Source: Nostoc sp. T09 (GTDB lineage Bacteria > Cyanobacteriota > Cyanobacteriia > Cyanobacteriales > Nostocaceae). Taken from it: a DNA stretch of 32,000 bases. Below the pieces are notes generated by a model. It had not been told where the DNA came from. It worked only from the letters and a program-made list of their open reading frames with translations, and searched no databases. The stretch covers positions 43,880-75,879 of the forward strand of contig NZ_MTAV01000014.1 of the NCBI RefSeq assembly GCF_002154695.1, given 5' to 3'. Both the position numbers and the translations under genes were made by a program. Numbering within the stretch: position 1 is the stretch's first letter; every line of letters begins with the position of its first letter. This document shows positions 1-9,381 of this stretch, piece after piece.

Positions 1-2113
1 CCCAGAAGTATTGGTGCCAAGCACGACAACACCAAAAACTGCACAACTTACCCAAGAAACGCCACAACCGACTCTCCAACTTACTCCCCAGCCAATTCCA
101 CAACAAACAACCCCACAGCCTACTCCCCAACAAACACCAGTTCCCAACATTCCGTCCCCAGGTACGCAACAACCAGCACCTGCTCCGGCTCCTGGTAACA
201 ATCCATCCCAAGACAATACCAACCCACCAGTAGGGGCACCTATATTTCCCAGTAATCCAGAAACTACTCCAGAATCGAGTGAACCCCGCGTATTGGTATC
301 AGAAGTAGCGGTGAGAACTCAATCTGGGCAACTAGTACCAGAACTGGAAAATCAAGTTTACTCAGTGATTCGTACCCAACCGGGGAGGACAACCACCCGT
401 TCCCAACTTCAAGAAGATATCAATGCTATCTTTGGTACAGGTTTCTTCTCGAATGTCCAAGCAGTGCCAGAAGATACACCTTTAGGAGTAAGGGTAAGTT
501 TTATAGTCCAACCAAACCCAGTCCTCACTAAGGTACAAATCCAAGCAAATCCTGGTACAGGTGTGACTTCCGTACTCCCGCAAACTACTGCGGATGAAGT
601 TTTTCGCGATCAGTATGGCAAGATCCTCAACTTGCGTGACTTGCAGGAAGGTATCAAGCAATTAACCAAGCGGTATCAAGACAAAGGATACGTACTAGCG
701 AATGTCATCGGAGCGCCCCAAGTCTCAGAAAATGGAGTTGTTACCTTACAGGTAGCAGAAGGGGTAGTTGAGAACATTAGAGTCCGGTTTCGCAATAAAG
801 AAGGTCAGGATACAGACGAGAAGGGCCAACCAATCCGGGGACGAACACAGACATATATCGTCACGCGAGAGTTGGAGTTGAAGCCAGGACAGGTATTCAA
901 CCGCAACACCGTACAAAAAGACCTACAACGGGTATATGGGTTGGGCATCTTTGAAGATGTGAACGTTTCCCTTGACCCTGGTAGTGACCCCAGCAAAGTA
1001 GATGTAGTAGTGAATGTGGCTGAACGCAATAGCGGTTCTATTGCCGCAGGTGCGGGGATTAGTTCTGCTAGCGGACTATTCGGCACCATTAGTTATCAGC
1101 AGCAAAACTTCAATGGTAGAAACCAAAGACTAGGAGCTGAGTTACAAGTAGGTGAACGGGAACTGCTGTTTGACCTGCGCTTTACAGATCCTTGGATTGC
1201 CGGCGATCCATACCGGACTTCTTACACAGCTAATATTTTCCGTCGCCGTTCAATTTCCTTAATTTTTGATGGCAAAGATCAAAATATTGAGACCTTTGCA
1301 CCAGGAGATACTGAAGGCGATCGCCCCCGTGTTGTTCGTTTAGGTGGCGGTCTCACTTTTACCCGTCCGCTTTCGGCTAATCCCTACGCAAGTTCTGAAT
1401 GGACTGCTTCAGCGGGTTTCCAATATCAACGAGTTTCCACCAAAGATGCTGATGGCAATAGCAGAAACCAAGGCACAGTCTACAGGGATGGACTGCCGAC
1501 AGAACTAATTCCCCTAACCCAATCTGGGACAGGTGATGACGATTTGTTGCTACTTCAACTGGGAGCACAGCGCGATCGCCGTAATAACCCCTTGCAACCC
1601 ACTAGTGGTTCTTATCTTCGTTTTGGGGTCGATCAGTCAGTTCCCATAGGACAAGGTAGTATTTTCCTCACACGGTTACGGGGTAGCTACAGCCAATATC
1701 TTCCGGTCAGCTTAATTAGCCTCAGCAAAGGACCGCAAACTCTGGCTTTTAACTTGCAAGGAGGTACTGTTTTAGGTGACTTGCCCCCCTATGAAGCCTT
1801 TACCTTAGGTGGTAGTAACTCTGTGCGTGGTTATGAAGAAGGTACGCTAGCCAGTTCCCGCAGTTATGTGCAAGCCTCTGTTGAGTATCGTTTTCCCGTG
1901 TTCTCAGTAGTCAGTGGGGCACTATTTTTCGATTTTGGTACAGATTTAGGAACCAATACCAGAGCCGCTGAATTACTGAACAAAAATGGTACTGGCTATG
2001 GCTATGGTCTTGGTGTTCGTGTGCAATCACCATTAGGACCAATTCGTATTGACTACGGTCTCAACGATGACGGTGACAGCCGGATCAATTTTGGGATTGG
2101 CGAAAGATTTTAA
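1..2113 (+). CDS. bamA: Omp85/BamA-family outer-membrane protein assembly factor; the 5' end probably runs off the window
   Basis: The frame is open from base 2, and the ORF track starts at TTG 11. The N-terminus is Pro/Thr/Gln-rich and is followed by POTRA-like repeats. The C-terminal beta-barrel ends in ...GPIRIDYGLNDDGDSRINFGIGERF with a terminal Phe, which is typical of OMPs. Its position upstream of lpxC-fabZ-lpxA-lpxB matches the cyanobacterial omp85 cluster. Confidence 0.85.
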   Translation, partial: PEVLVPSTTTPKTAQLTQETPQPTLQLTPQPIPQQTTPQPTPQQTPVPNIPSPGTQQPAPAPAPGNNPSQDNTNPPVGAPIFPSNPETTPESSEPRVLVSEVAVRTQSGQLVPELENQVYSVIRTQPGRTTTRSQLQEDINAIFGTGFFSNVQAVPEDTPLGVRVSFIVQPNPVLTKVQIQANPGTGVTSVLPQTTADEVFRDQYGKILNLRDLQEGIKQLTKRYQDKGYVLANVIGAPQVSENGVVTLQVAEGVVENIRVRFRNKEGQDTDEKGQPIRGRTQTYIVTRELELKPGQVFNRNTVQKDLQRVYGLGIFEDVNVSLDPGSDPSKVDVVVNVAERNSGSIAAGAGISSASGLFGTISYQQQNFNGRNQRLGAELQVGERELLFDLRFTDPWIAGDPYRTSYTANIFRRRSISLIFDGKDQNIETFAPGDTEGDRPRVVRLGGGLTFTRPLSANPYASSEWTASAGFQYQRVSTKDADGNSRNQGTVYRDGLPTELIPLTQSGTGDDDLLLLQLGAQRDRRNNPLQPTSGSYLRFGVDQSVPIGQGSIFLTRLRGSYSQYLPVSLISLSKGPQTLAFNLQGGTVLGDLPPYEAFTLGGSNSVRGYEEGTLASSRSYVQASVEYRFPVFSVVSGALFFDFGTDLGTNTRAAELLNKNGTGYGYGLGVRVQSPLGPIRIDYGLNDDGDSRINFGIGERF

Positions 2114-2313
2114 CTTTAGTCAAGAGTCCAAAGTCAAAGAACTTTTGACCGCTAAACGCCATTTGCTCTACTTGAGCAGATCCCAAGACCGCAGTGGCTC
2201 CTCTTGACTGTTGACCATTGACGAGGAATTATTAATATTTTCAGGTGCAGTTCGCAGGTTTAACTAAATCTGAACATGAACAATACCAACCGCAAGATAT
2301 TGACTTTTTGCTT

Positions 2314-3165
2314 ATGCAACAACACACAATAGCCGCACCAATCACTCAAACCGGAGTGGGGCTGCATAGCGGTGTGAGTACCCAAGTTCGGATACTACCA
2401 GCCGATGTGGGTAGTGGGCGCTACTTTGTGCGAGTAGATTTAGCAAATTCGCCAATTATTCCAGCGCAAGTTGCAGCAGTTAGTCAAACTCTGCTCTCAA
2501 CCCAATTGGGTAAAGGTGAGGCGTGCATCCGTACTGTCGAGCATTTATTGGCATCTCTTACGGGTATGGGTATAAATAACGCCCGGATTGAAATTGATGG
2601 ACCGGAAGTGCCACTGCTGGATGGTTCGGCAAGGGTATGGGCAGAAAGCATCGCCCAAGCTGGCTTGCGATCGCAAGCCGTAACTGACGGCGAAGTATCT
2701 GTAGCTATTAAAGAGCCAATTTGGATTTATGAGGGAGATACCTTTGTTGCTGCTATCCCCGCACCAGAAACCCGCTTTAGTTACGGTATTGACTTTGATC
2801 TGCCTGCTATTGGTAACCAATGGCACAGCTGGTCACTAACTGCCGATCTGGAAAATGCCTCTGCTAGCTTTGCTACAGAGGTTGCTCCCGCACGCACCTT
2901 TGGTTTGCTGCATCAAATCGAACATTTGCAACAGTCTGGCTTAATCAAAGGTGGCAGCTTGGAGAATGCACTCGTCTGCGGCCCTGATGGGTGGTTAAAT
3001 CCACCATTAAGATTTGCAAATGAGCCAGTACGTCATAAAATCTTGGATTTAGTAGGAGATTTGAGTTTACTGGGTAATATTCCTCGTGCTCACTTCTTAG
3101 CGTATAAGGCCAGCCACAATTTACATATTCAACTGGCACAAAGGATTTTAGATTTTAGATTTTAG
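2314..3165 (+). CDS. lpxC: UDP-3-O-acyl-N-acetylglucosamine deacetylase LpxC
   Basis: [20 protein letters not shown]... is the typical LpxC N-terminus. The ORF track begins at GTG 2245, but the internal ATG at 2314 matches the usual LpxC start. The gene sits in the lpx cluster. Confidence 0.85.
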   Translation: MQQHTIAAPITQTGVGLHSGVSTQVRILPADVGSGRYFVRVDLANSPIIPAQVAAVSQTLLSTQLGKGEACIRTVEHLLASLTGMGINNARIEIDGPEVPLLDGSARVWAESIAQAGLRSQAVTDGEVSVAIKEPIWIYEGDTFVAAIPAPETRFSYGIDFDLPAIGNQWHSWSLTADLENASASFATEVAPARTFGLLHQIEHLQQSGLIKGGSLENALVCGPDGWLNPPLRFANEPVRHKILDLVGDLSLLGNIPRAHFLAYKASHNLHIQLAQRILDFRF

Positions 3166-3251
3166 ATTTTGGATTGATTCACAAATCTTAACCTTCAAAT
3201 TTAAAATTCCTTCGCTGCTCGATTCCAGATTGAAAAACAAGCGCACAGCCA

Positions 3252-3743
3252 ATGACAACCCTCACCGAAGCCGATAGCATTAAAGCTCAAAGCACACCGG
3301 AACCGAAAAAAATCTTCACCACTGAAGAAATTCAAAACCTCCTGCCTCACCGCTACCCGTTTTTACTGGTAGATAAAATTATTGACTATGTTCCAGGAAA
3401 ACTAGCGGTAGGTGTGAAAAACGTCACTGTCAATGAACCCCAATTTCAAGGTCATTTCCCAGGAAGGCCACTGATGCCAGGAGTGCTAATTGTCGAAGCA
3501 ATGGCACAAGTAGGCGGTATAGTCCTGACGCAACTACCAGATTATGAAGCAGGTGGACTATTCGTGTTTGCTGGTATCGATAAAGTCCGCTTTCGTCGCC
3601 AAGTAGTTCCAGGAGATCAGCTAATCATGACGGTGGAACTGTTGTGGGTAAAACAGCGTCGTTTCGGTAAAATGCAGGGTCGTGCTGAAGTTGACGGTCA
3701 GATAGCTGCTGAAGGCGAATTAATGTTTTCTTTAGTAAACTAA
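3252..3743 (+). CDS. fabZ: 3-hydroxyacyl-ACP dehydratase FabZ
   Basis: The hot-dog fold motifs [33 protein letters not shown] are present, and the gene lies in lpx cluster context. Confidence 0.9.
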   Translation: MTTLTEADSIKAQSTPEPKKIFTTEEIQNLLPHRYPFLLVDKIIDYVPGKLAVGVKNVTVNEPQFQGHFPGRPLMPGVLIVEAMAQVGGIVLTQLPDYEAGGLFVFAGIDKVRFRRQVVPGDQLIMTVELLWVKQRRFGKMQGRAEVDGQIAAEGELMFSLVN

Positions 3744-4034
3744 AAACCTGCTCTTGTGGTAGGGGCACAGCCGTGAAGTGCCTTTACTGAAACCTGAAAA
3801 AGGATAGCAGTAAAACTAACTAGCCACAAGAGTAATTTATAATTTCTTAATTTCGTCGCCCTCACACTTAACTTGCTTTGCCCGACACTTTCGGTAACTG
3901 AATACTTAGTGTTCAGTTACTGAGAGCTTAAATGTTCCGCAACGCCAGTCGCCTCAACGGGGAAACCCTAGCAGTACGCTGCCAGCCCAACCCAGAAAGG
4001 CGCAGGCTCTCAAGACAGTTCTGGAGATTCACCC

Positions 4035-4853
4035 TTGAAGACGCTTATTCACCCAACTGCTGTAATTCATCCTAACTCGGAACTCCACCCATCAGTGCAA
4101 GTCGGTGCCTATGCTGTGATTGGAGCGCATGTTAAAGTAGGTCCTGAAACAATAATTGGCGCTCATGTAGTGCTAGAAGGACCCTGTGAAATTGGGGCGC
4201 GAAATCAGATTTTCCCTGGTGCAACTATCGGCATGGAACCCCAGGATCTCAAATATGTGGGAGAACCTACCTGGGTCAAAATTGGTGACAATAACCAAAT
4301 TCGTGAGTACGTCACCATTAACCGCGCTACTGGTGCAGGGGAAGCGACAGTCATTGGCAACGGCAACCTATTGATGGCTTATGTCCATGTGGCTCATAAC
4401 TGCGTTATTGAAGACCATGTGATTATTCCCAACTCCGTAGCGCTCGCGGGTCATGTTCATATAGAATCACGCGCTAGACTAGGCGGGGTTTTGGGAGTCC
4501 ATCAATTTGTGCGTATTGGCAAGCACTCCATGATCGGGGGTATGGCACGTATTGACCGGGATGTGCCGCCATATATGCTTGTAGAGGGAAATCCAGCACG
4601 AGTGCGTACCCTCAACTTGGTAGGGCTAAAACGCTCTGGTATGAACCCGGGCGAGTTGCAAACCCTAAAAAAAGCTTTTCGGATTCTCTATCGCTCTAAC
4701 TTAACCTTTAAAGAGGCTTTGGAACAGCTAGAACTGCTGGGTGATACCGAACAGCTACAACACCTGCGCCGCTTCCTGCTACTTTCTAAGATGCCAGGAA
4801 GACGTGGTTTAATTCCTGGAAAGGGTAGACCAAGCGCTAGTGATGAGTCCTGA
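4035..4853 (+). CDS. lpxA: Acyl-ACP--UDP-N-acetylglucosamine O-acyltransferase LpxA
   Basis: The start is TTG. Left-handed beta-helix hexapeptide repeats are visible (IHPTAVIHPNSELHPSVQVGAYAVIGAHVKVG...), followed by an LpxA-type C-terminal helical domain. Confidence 0.9.
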   Translation: MKTLIHPTAVIHPNSELHPSVQVGAYAVIGAHVKVGPETIIGAHVVLEGPCEIGARNQIFPGATIGMEPQDLKYVGEPTWVKIGDNNQIREYVTINRATGAGEATVIGNGNLLMAYVHVAHNCVIEDHVIIPNSVALAGHVHIESRARLGGVLGVHQFVRIGKHSMIGGMARIDRDVPPYMLVEGNPARVRTLNLVGLKRSGMNPGELQTLKKAFRILYRSNLTFKEALEQLELLGDTEQLQHLRRFLLLSKMPGRRGLIPGKGRPSASDES

Positions 4854-4863
4854 GTCAGTTAGA

Positions 4864-5103
4864 AGTTTGAGTTGAGGTCTGAATCCCCGACTCAAACTAA
4901 GAATAACGTAGACGCGTACTCCTTCAAAGAAGCAAGCTACGCGGAGCGTTGCCGCAGGCTAGCGGCTTCCCGTTCCCTCGTAAAGCCCTTCGGGCATAGC
5001 TGCGCTTACCGCGTTAGCGTCTCCGTAGGAGAAGAGGGTTCCCGCAGGGTAGGGTACCACAAAGGACACAAAGGTCACGTTCGCCGGAGGCGTTCTTGAA
5101 GGG
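4864..5103. repeat. Structured, MITE-like intergenic repeat region between lpxA and lpxB
   Basis: A 9-bp hairpin pairs AGTTTGAGT (4864-4872) with ACTCAAACT (4890-4898). An imperfect inverted repeat pairs CCTTCAAAGAAGC (4921-4933) with GCGTTCTTGAAGG (5090-5102), matching at 10 of 13 positions. The ORFs predicted here (4872-5099 and 5014-5280) look like artefacts. Confidence 0.3.
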
Positions 5104-5235
5104 TAGAAATAAGAGTTTGAAAGAGATTTTGCGTAAGTACAAGATTACTCTGTTGCGTTTTTCTCTGCGACTCTGAGACTCTGCGTGAGATAAAAAAGAT
5201 GTTTTCCTGTCCCTTATTTTCTTCCTAATTACTAA

Positions 5236-6405
5236 ATGCGGATATTTATCAGCACTGGCGAAGTGTCTGGCGATTTGCAAGGTTCTTTACTAATTGCGGC
5301 GCTGAAGCGTCAAGCTGTGGCTGCTGGCTGGGAATTAGAGATTGTGGCACTTGGTGGCGAAAAAATGGCAGAGGTAGGAGCAACGATACTGGGCGATACT
5401 AGTCATATTGGCTCAATGGGTCTTCTAGAAGGCCTGCCTTATCTTGTACCTACTCTCCAGGTACAACGAAAAGCGATCGCCTACTTGAAGCAAAATCCCC
5501 CTGACCTGGTGCTGCTAATTGACTACATGAGTCCAAATCTCGGCATTGGTACCTATATGCAACAGCATTTACCAAAAGTGCCAGTAGTTTATTACATCGC
5601 TCCCCAAGAGTGGGTATGGTCTGTCAGTGTGCGTAACACCAACCGCATTGTCGGGTTTACAAATAAGCTTTTAGCCATCTTCCCCGAAGAAGCCCGTTAT
5701 TTTAGCCAGCAAGGTGCCGACGTTACCTGGGTGGGGCATCCACTAGTCGATCGGATGCAAACTGCCCCCAGTCGCCAGAAAGCCCGCGCTCAATTGGGAA
5801 TTGACCCAGAGACGATCGCGATCGCTCTCCTACCCGCTTCTCGTCGTCAAGAAGTAAAATATCTTTTACCTGTAATTTTTCAAGCTGCCCAAACTATTCA
5901 AGCTAAATTACCAGAGGTGCATTTCTGGATTCCCTTATCTTTAGAAGAATTTAGAAAGCCCATTGCAGCAGGAATTCAGAGTTATGGTTTGCGCGCGACA
6001 ATTGTATCGGGTCAACAAAAAGAAGTTTTTGCTGCTGCTGATTTTGCTATTACCAAATCAGGCACTGTCAACCTGGAACTTGCCCTGTTAAATGTACCGC
6101 AAGTGGTTGTCTATCGCCTAAACCCAATTACAGCTTGGATTGCTCGTAACATCCTTAAAGGTTCTATCCCCTTTGCATCGCCAACCAATTTGCTGGTGAT
6201 GCGGGAAATTGTGCCAGAGTTTTTACAAGAGCAAGCTACAGCAGAGAATATTATCCAAGCCACGATGGAATTACTGCTCAATCCTGATAAGAGACAGCAA
6301 ACCTTAGCAGATTATCAAGAAATGCGGCAGGGTTTGGGAGAATTAGGAGTATGCGATCGCGCTGCTCAAGAAATTTTGCAAATGCTACCGGATATGGGAG
6401 TTTAG
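5236..6405 (+). CDS. lpxB: Lipid-A-disaccharide synthase LpxB
   Basis: The N-terminus MRIFISTGEVSGDLQGSLL, the 389-aa length and the cluster context all fit LpxB. Confidence 0.9.
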   Translation: MRIFISTGEVSGDLQGSLLIAALKRQAVAAGWELEIVALGGEKMAEVGATILGDTSHIGSMGLLEGLPYLVPTLQVQRKAIAYLKQNPPDLVLLIDYMSPNLGIGTYMQQHLPKVPVVYYIAPQEWVWSVSVRNTNRIVGFTNKLLAIFPEEARYFSQQGADVTWVGHPLVDRMQTAPSRQKARAQLGIDPETIAIALLPASRRQEVKYLLPVIFQAAQTIQAKLPEVHFWIPLSLEEFRKPIAAGIQSYGLRATIVSGQQKEVFAAADFAITKSGTVNLELALLNVPQVVVYRLNPITAWIARNILKGSIPFASPTNLLVMREIVPEFLQEQATAENIIQATMELLLNPDKRQQTLADYQEMRQGLGELGVCDRAAQEILQMLPDMGV

Positions 6406-6457
6406 ATTTTAGATTGGGAGTTATTTGTAGAAATTTCAGAGTCAGCTTAGAGGTGTC

Positions 6458-6721
6458 ATGGCTCATGAGTTGAGAAAACAACGACCAATCGCAGTTGACT
6501 TGTTCGCCGGTGCAGGTGGGATGACTCTTGGCTTTGAACAAGCTGGCTTTGATGTACTCGCATCGGTGGAAATTGACCCCATTCATTGTGCAATCCACGA
6601 ATTTAACTTTCCCTTCTGGACGGTCTTATGCCAAAGCGTTGTAGACACAACTGGGGATGAAATTAGAAAGCGATCGCAGATTGGCGATCGTGAAATTGAT
6701 GTAGTCATTTGTGGGAGTCCT
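6458..6721 (+). pseudogene. 5' fragment of a DNA (cytosine-5) methyltransferase gene, truncated at motif IV
   Basis: It encodes motif I DLFAGAGGMTLGF and runs to ...VVICGSP. The frame then continues into unrelated AT-rich sequence (YNNNNFILHN...) and stops at 6790. Motifs VI-X are absent. About 60% of residues are identical to the N-terminus of the intact dcm at 12062. Confidence 0.8.
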
Positions 6722-6724
6722 TAT

Positions 6725-6769
6725 AACAACAACAATTTTATATTACACAATTTAGAAAAACAACAACAA
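6725..6769 (+). repeat. Two 11-bp direct repeats AACAACAACAA (6725-6735 and 6759-6769) just inside the left end of the element, upstream of the first recombinase gene
   Basis: Both are exact copies read directly from the sequence. Their position fits arm-type recombinase sites or promoter elements, but the function is untested. Confidence 0.3.
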
Positions 6770-6823
6770 ATAGCTTATTCTTCATGGTAAAGTTACTATA
6801 GTAAAACTTCCACGAAGTAGAAA

Positions 6824-7936
6824 GTGATAAGCCTAGAAAGAGCAATTAATCCTCAAACAGAGGAAAGATTTTGCTGCGTATTTGACACAGAAACTGGCTT
6901 GCCAATAGAACCAATCCAGCGATACTTAAACTACTGCCGTAAGCGTCAATTAGCAGCTAACACAGTTAACACTTATGCTTGTCGATTAGTAGATTTCTGG
7001 CAGTGGCTAGAATATAAATCTCTTAGCTGGCAAGATGTAGGACTCCAAGAACTGGCTGATTTTGTTAACTGGTATCTCCTTGGTGGCGAAGTAGAAGTTA
7101 TCTCCGAAGAAGTACGTGAAATAGTTTCCAAACGTAGCCCAAAAACAGTCAATCAAGCAGTTACAGCTATACAAGGACTCTATGAATTCCACATTGTAGA
7201 AGGTAGGATTGACGAAAAAGTTTTTGCTAAATTGGTTCATGGATGGGGCAAACGAGGTGGCTTCTTACGAGGCATAGTTAAAAGCACCCCAGAAAAACGC
7301 AAACGGATTAAAGTAAAAGAGCCAAAAATATTCCCTGGTTGTCTGACCGACGAACAAGTAGGTCAACTAGCAAATGCCTGTTACAGCTACAGAGACAGGC
7401 TGATAGTCATGCTACTGAGAGAAACGGGATTGCGGAGAGGAGAATTATTAGGCTTACATTTAGTAGACGTACAGGACTTTGATACTAGAGGAAGAATTAG
7501 AGTTGTAAGGCGGGACAATAATCCCAATGGCGCAATAGCTAAAGGCACAGAAAGAGAAATAGCAGTCCTTCATAACAGAGAGTCGGTTCAAGAAACTTTT
7601 CATGCTTATCTATTAGAAGAATATCCCTCAGAAGCAGAAAAACTCGGACATGGGATGCTGTTCGTTAATTTGGATGGCAAGTATATTGGAAAACCCATGA
7701 CCAGTGCAAGGTTAAATAGTCTGTTTTATCAACTAAAAGATCGAACAGGAATTGAAGCACATCCTCATTTATTCAGACATACTTTCGCTACTAGGATGCT
7801 CCAAGCGGGTTATGCAGATCACTACGTACAGCAACTATTAGGGCATAGTTCGATTGTGACTACTAAAGATATCTATTCTCATGTACTGAATGAAATGAGT
7901 CTAGATGCTTATTTATCAGCAGATGAGCAAAAATAA
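6824..7936 (+). CDS. Tyrosine recombinase/integrase, first of three in tandem
   Basis: The start is GTG. Catalytic signatures are GLRRGELLGL (Arg), HPHLFRHTFATRML (H-x-x-R-H) and LLGHSSIVTTKDIYSHV (His...Tyr). There is an N-terminal SAM-like core-binding region. Confidence 0.85.
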   Translation: MISLERAINPQTEERFCCVFDTETGLPIEPIQRYLNYCRKRQLAANTVNTYACRLVDFWQWLEYKSLSWQDVGLQELADFVNWYLLGGEVEVISEEVREIVSKRSPKTVNQAVTAIQGLYEFHIVEGRIDEKVFAKLVHGWGKRGGFLRGIVKSTPEKRKRIKVKEPKIFPGCLTDEQVGQLANACYSYRDRLIVMLLRETGLRRGELLGLHLVDVQDFDTRGRIRVVRRDNNPNGAIAKGTEREIAVLHNRESVQETFHAYLLEEYPSEAEKLGHGMLFVNLDGKYIGKPMTSARLNSLFYQLKDRTGIEAHPHLFRHTFATRMLQAGYADHYVQQLLGHSSIVTTKDIYSHVLNEMSLDAYLSADEQK

Positions 7937-7938
7937 TT

Positions 7939-9381
7939 ATGTTATCTCTAGAAGTCTTAAAAGAAAAGATAGCAAAATCAGAATTGGGACCAAAATGGCT
8001 ATATCTCCCTTTTTTTGAGAGAGATATTTGGTCTCTTGAAGAACTTAGTTACACAGAAGAAGAACGTAAATTTATTGGACACAGCAATCTTTATTTCAAG
8101 GGGTTTTCACTACTTTGGCTTAAGTTGTTGGCAAAATTAACCGTTTTAGCAACCTTTAGACAAAAACAATCATTGGATAATATTAGACATCGAATTACTT
8201 ACTTAAGACAATTGGATGAGTTTTTGATGGCTAAAGGCTATAGTCAGCCAGAAGATTTAACCGATACTCTATTGCGAGAGTATGTATCTCAAAGAATGAC
8301 AAAAGCTCGTCAACAATGTATAGCCTATGCAGTCAAATTATGGGCTGAAGAAGGATGGTTGAAATTAACTTATACTCATTTTAAAATTAAAAAAAAAGTT
8401 CCTAAACTAGAGACAATTCCAGAAGAAGTTCTTTATCAAATTTATGAGAATTTTGATCTTTTCCCACCGCAACTAGAAAGATTATTTAGACTCCAACTTG
8501 TTTTGGGATGTCGCATCGGAGAAATGCTCAGGATACCTCGCCAATGTTTGAAACAAGAAGACGATAAGTGGTTTATGCTGCGTTGGGTAGAGAAACGCAA
8601 ACAATGGCGGTTCTATCAAATTCATTATTTGTTAGCTGAATTGGTTCAAGAGCAACAGAAATTTTTAGATGGTAAATTTGGTGCTAATTCCAAATTTGAT
8701 AAATTGTTTTGTAAAGTTGATGTTTCATCTCATCGTTATAAAGGAAGATTTCACGTAGAGCCAGTTTATCAACCTGAAATTCTATCTTTTGCAACAACTG
8801 CACTTTGGTTAAGTGAATTTCGAGAAGAGGCTGACCTAAAAGATAAACACGGTAATAGATTTAAACTCACTAGCCATCATTTCCGCCGTACTAAAGCTAG
8901 TATCATGGCTTATTGTGAAGCAGAAGATGAATATATTGCTGCGGTTTTAGGTCATGCTTCTTTGGATATGCTGCCACATTATCGTAAGCGTTCTTTAGAG
9001 CGATTGGAGAAAGAGGCTAATTCTCAAGGATATGTCAATAAGTATGGTCAAGTTAGTAGCTTTAAACCTAGAAAACATAGATACGAGAAACTAGCTGAAA
9101 TTTTAAAAGTTAGCACTCCGCTAGGAGAATGCCACCGACCAAGTATATTAGGTGATTGCCAGTCCCGTTATGCCTGTCTAAGTTGCGATCACCATCGAGT
9201 TACTCTAGATGACAAGGCTAAGTTAGAGGCTGATTGCGAAAGCTTACAACAAGATTTAGAGCAAGCAAAAACTGTAGGGCAAGAAAGAAGAATTACTGAA
9301 ATTAATCGATTAATAGATTTGCTTAAAGTTCGATTAAAAGGCTTAGTAGAACTACAAAATTTGAAGATGGATGCAATATAA
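7939..9381 (+). CDS. Tyrosine recombinase, second of three, with a C-terminal Cys/His cluster
   Basis: Signatures are LGCRIGEML (Arg), TSHHFRRTKAS (H-x-x-R) and VLGHASLDMLPHYRK (His...Tyr). The C-terminus has CHRPSILGDCQSRYACLSCDHH followed by a coiled coil. It starts 2 nt after the upstream stop. Confidence 0.8.
   Translation: MLSLEVLKEKIAKSELGPKWLYLPFFERDIWSLEELSYTEEERKFIGHSNLYFKGFSLLWLKLLAKLTVLATFRQKQSLDNIRHRITYLRQLDEFLMAKGYSQPEDLTDTLLREYVSQRMTKARQQCIAYAVKLWAEEGWLKLTYTHFKIKKKVPKLETIPEEVLYQIYENFDLFPPQLERLFRLQLVLGCRIGEMLRIPRQCLKQEDDKWFMLRWVEKRKQWRFYQIHYLLAELVQEQQKFLDGKFGANSKFDKLFCKVDVSSHRYKGRFHVEPVYQPEILSFATTALWLSEFREEADLKDKHGNRFKLTSHHFRRTKASIMAYCEAEDEYIAAVLGHASLDMLPHYRKRSLERLEKEANSQGYVNKYGQVSSFKPRKHRYEKLAEILKVSTPLGECHRPSILGDCQSRYACLSCDHHRVTLDDKAKLEADCESLQQDLEQAKTVGQERRITEINRLIDLLKVRLKGLVELQNLKMDAI

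Noticed and set aside
11-300. Pro/Thr/Gln-rich repetitive N-terminal region of the first ORF (TPQPTPQQT-type repeats) as a novel repeat protein
   Set aside because: A proline-rich N-terminal extension preceding the POTRA domains is a known feature of cyanobacterial Omp85/BamA homologues. The gene is also truncated by the window edge.
805-3139. Antisense ORFs inside bamA and lpxC (805-1089, 1377-1568, 2545-2826, 2945-3139, all minus strand), plus ORF 4186-4374 in an alternative plus-strand frame inside lpxA
   Set aside because: They are fully nested in well-supported genes, have no recognisable motifs, and have a composition typical of off-frame translation.
4872-5280. ORFs 4872-5099 (+) and 5014-5280 (-) between lpxA and lpxB
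   Set aside because: They overlap each other and the structured repeat region. The translated products (runs of R/S/V such as HKGHKGHVRRRRS) look like repeat-derived artefacts rather than proteins.
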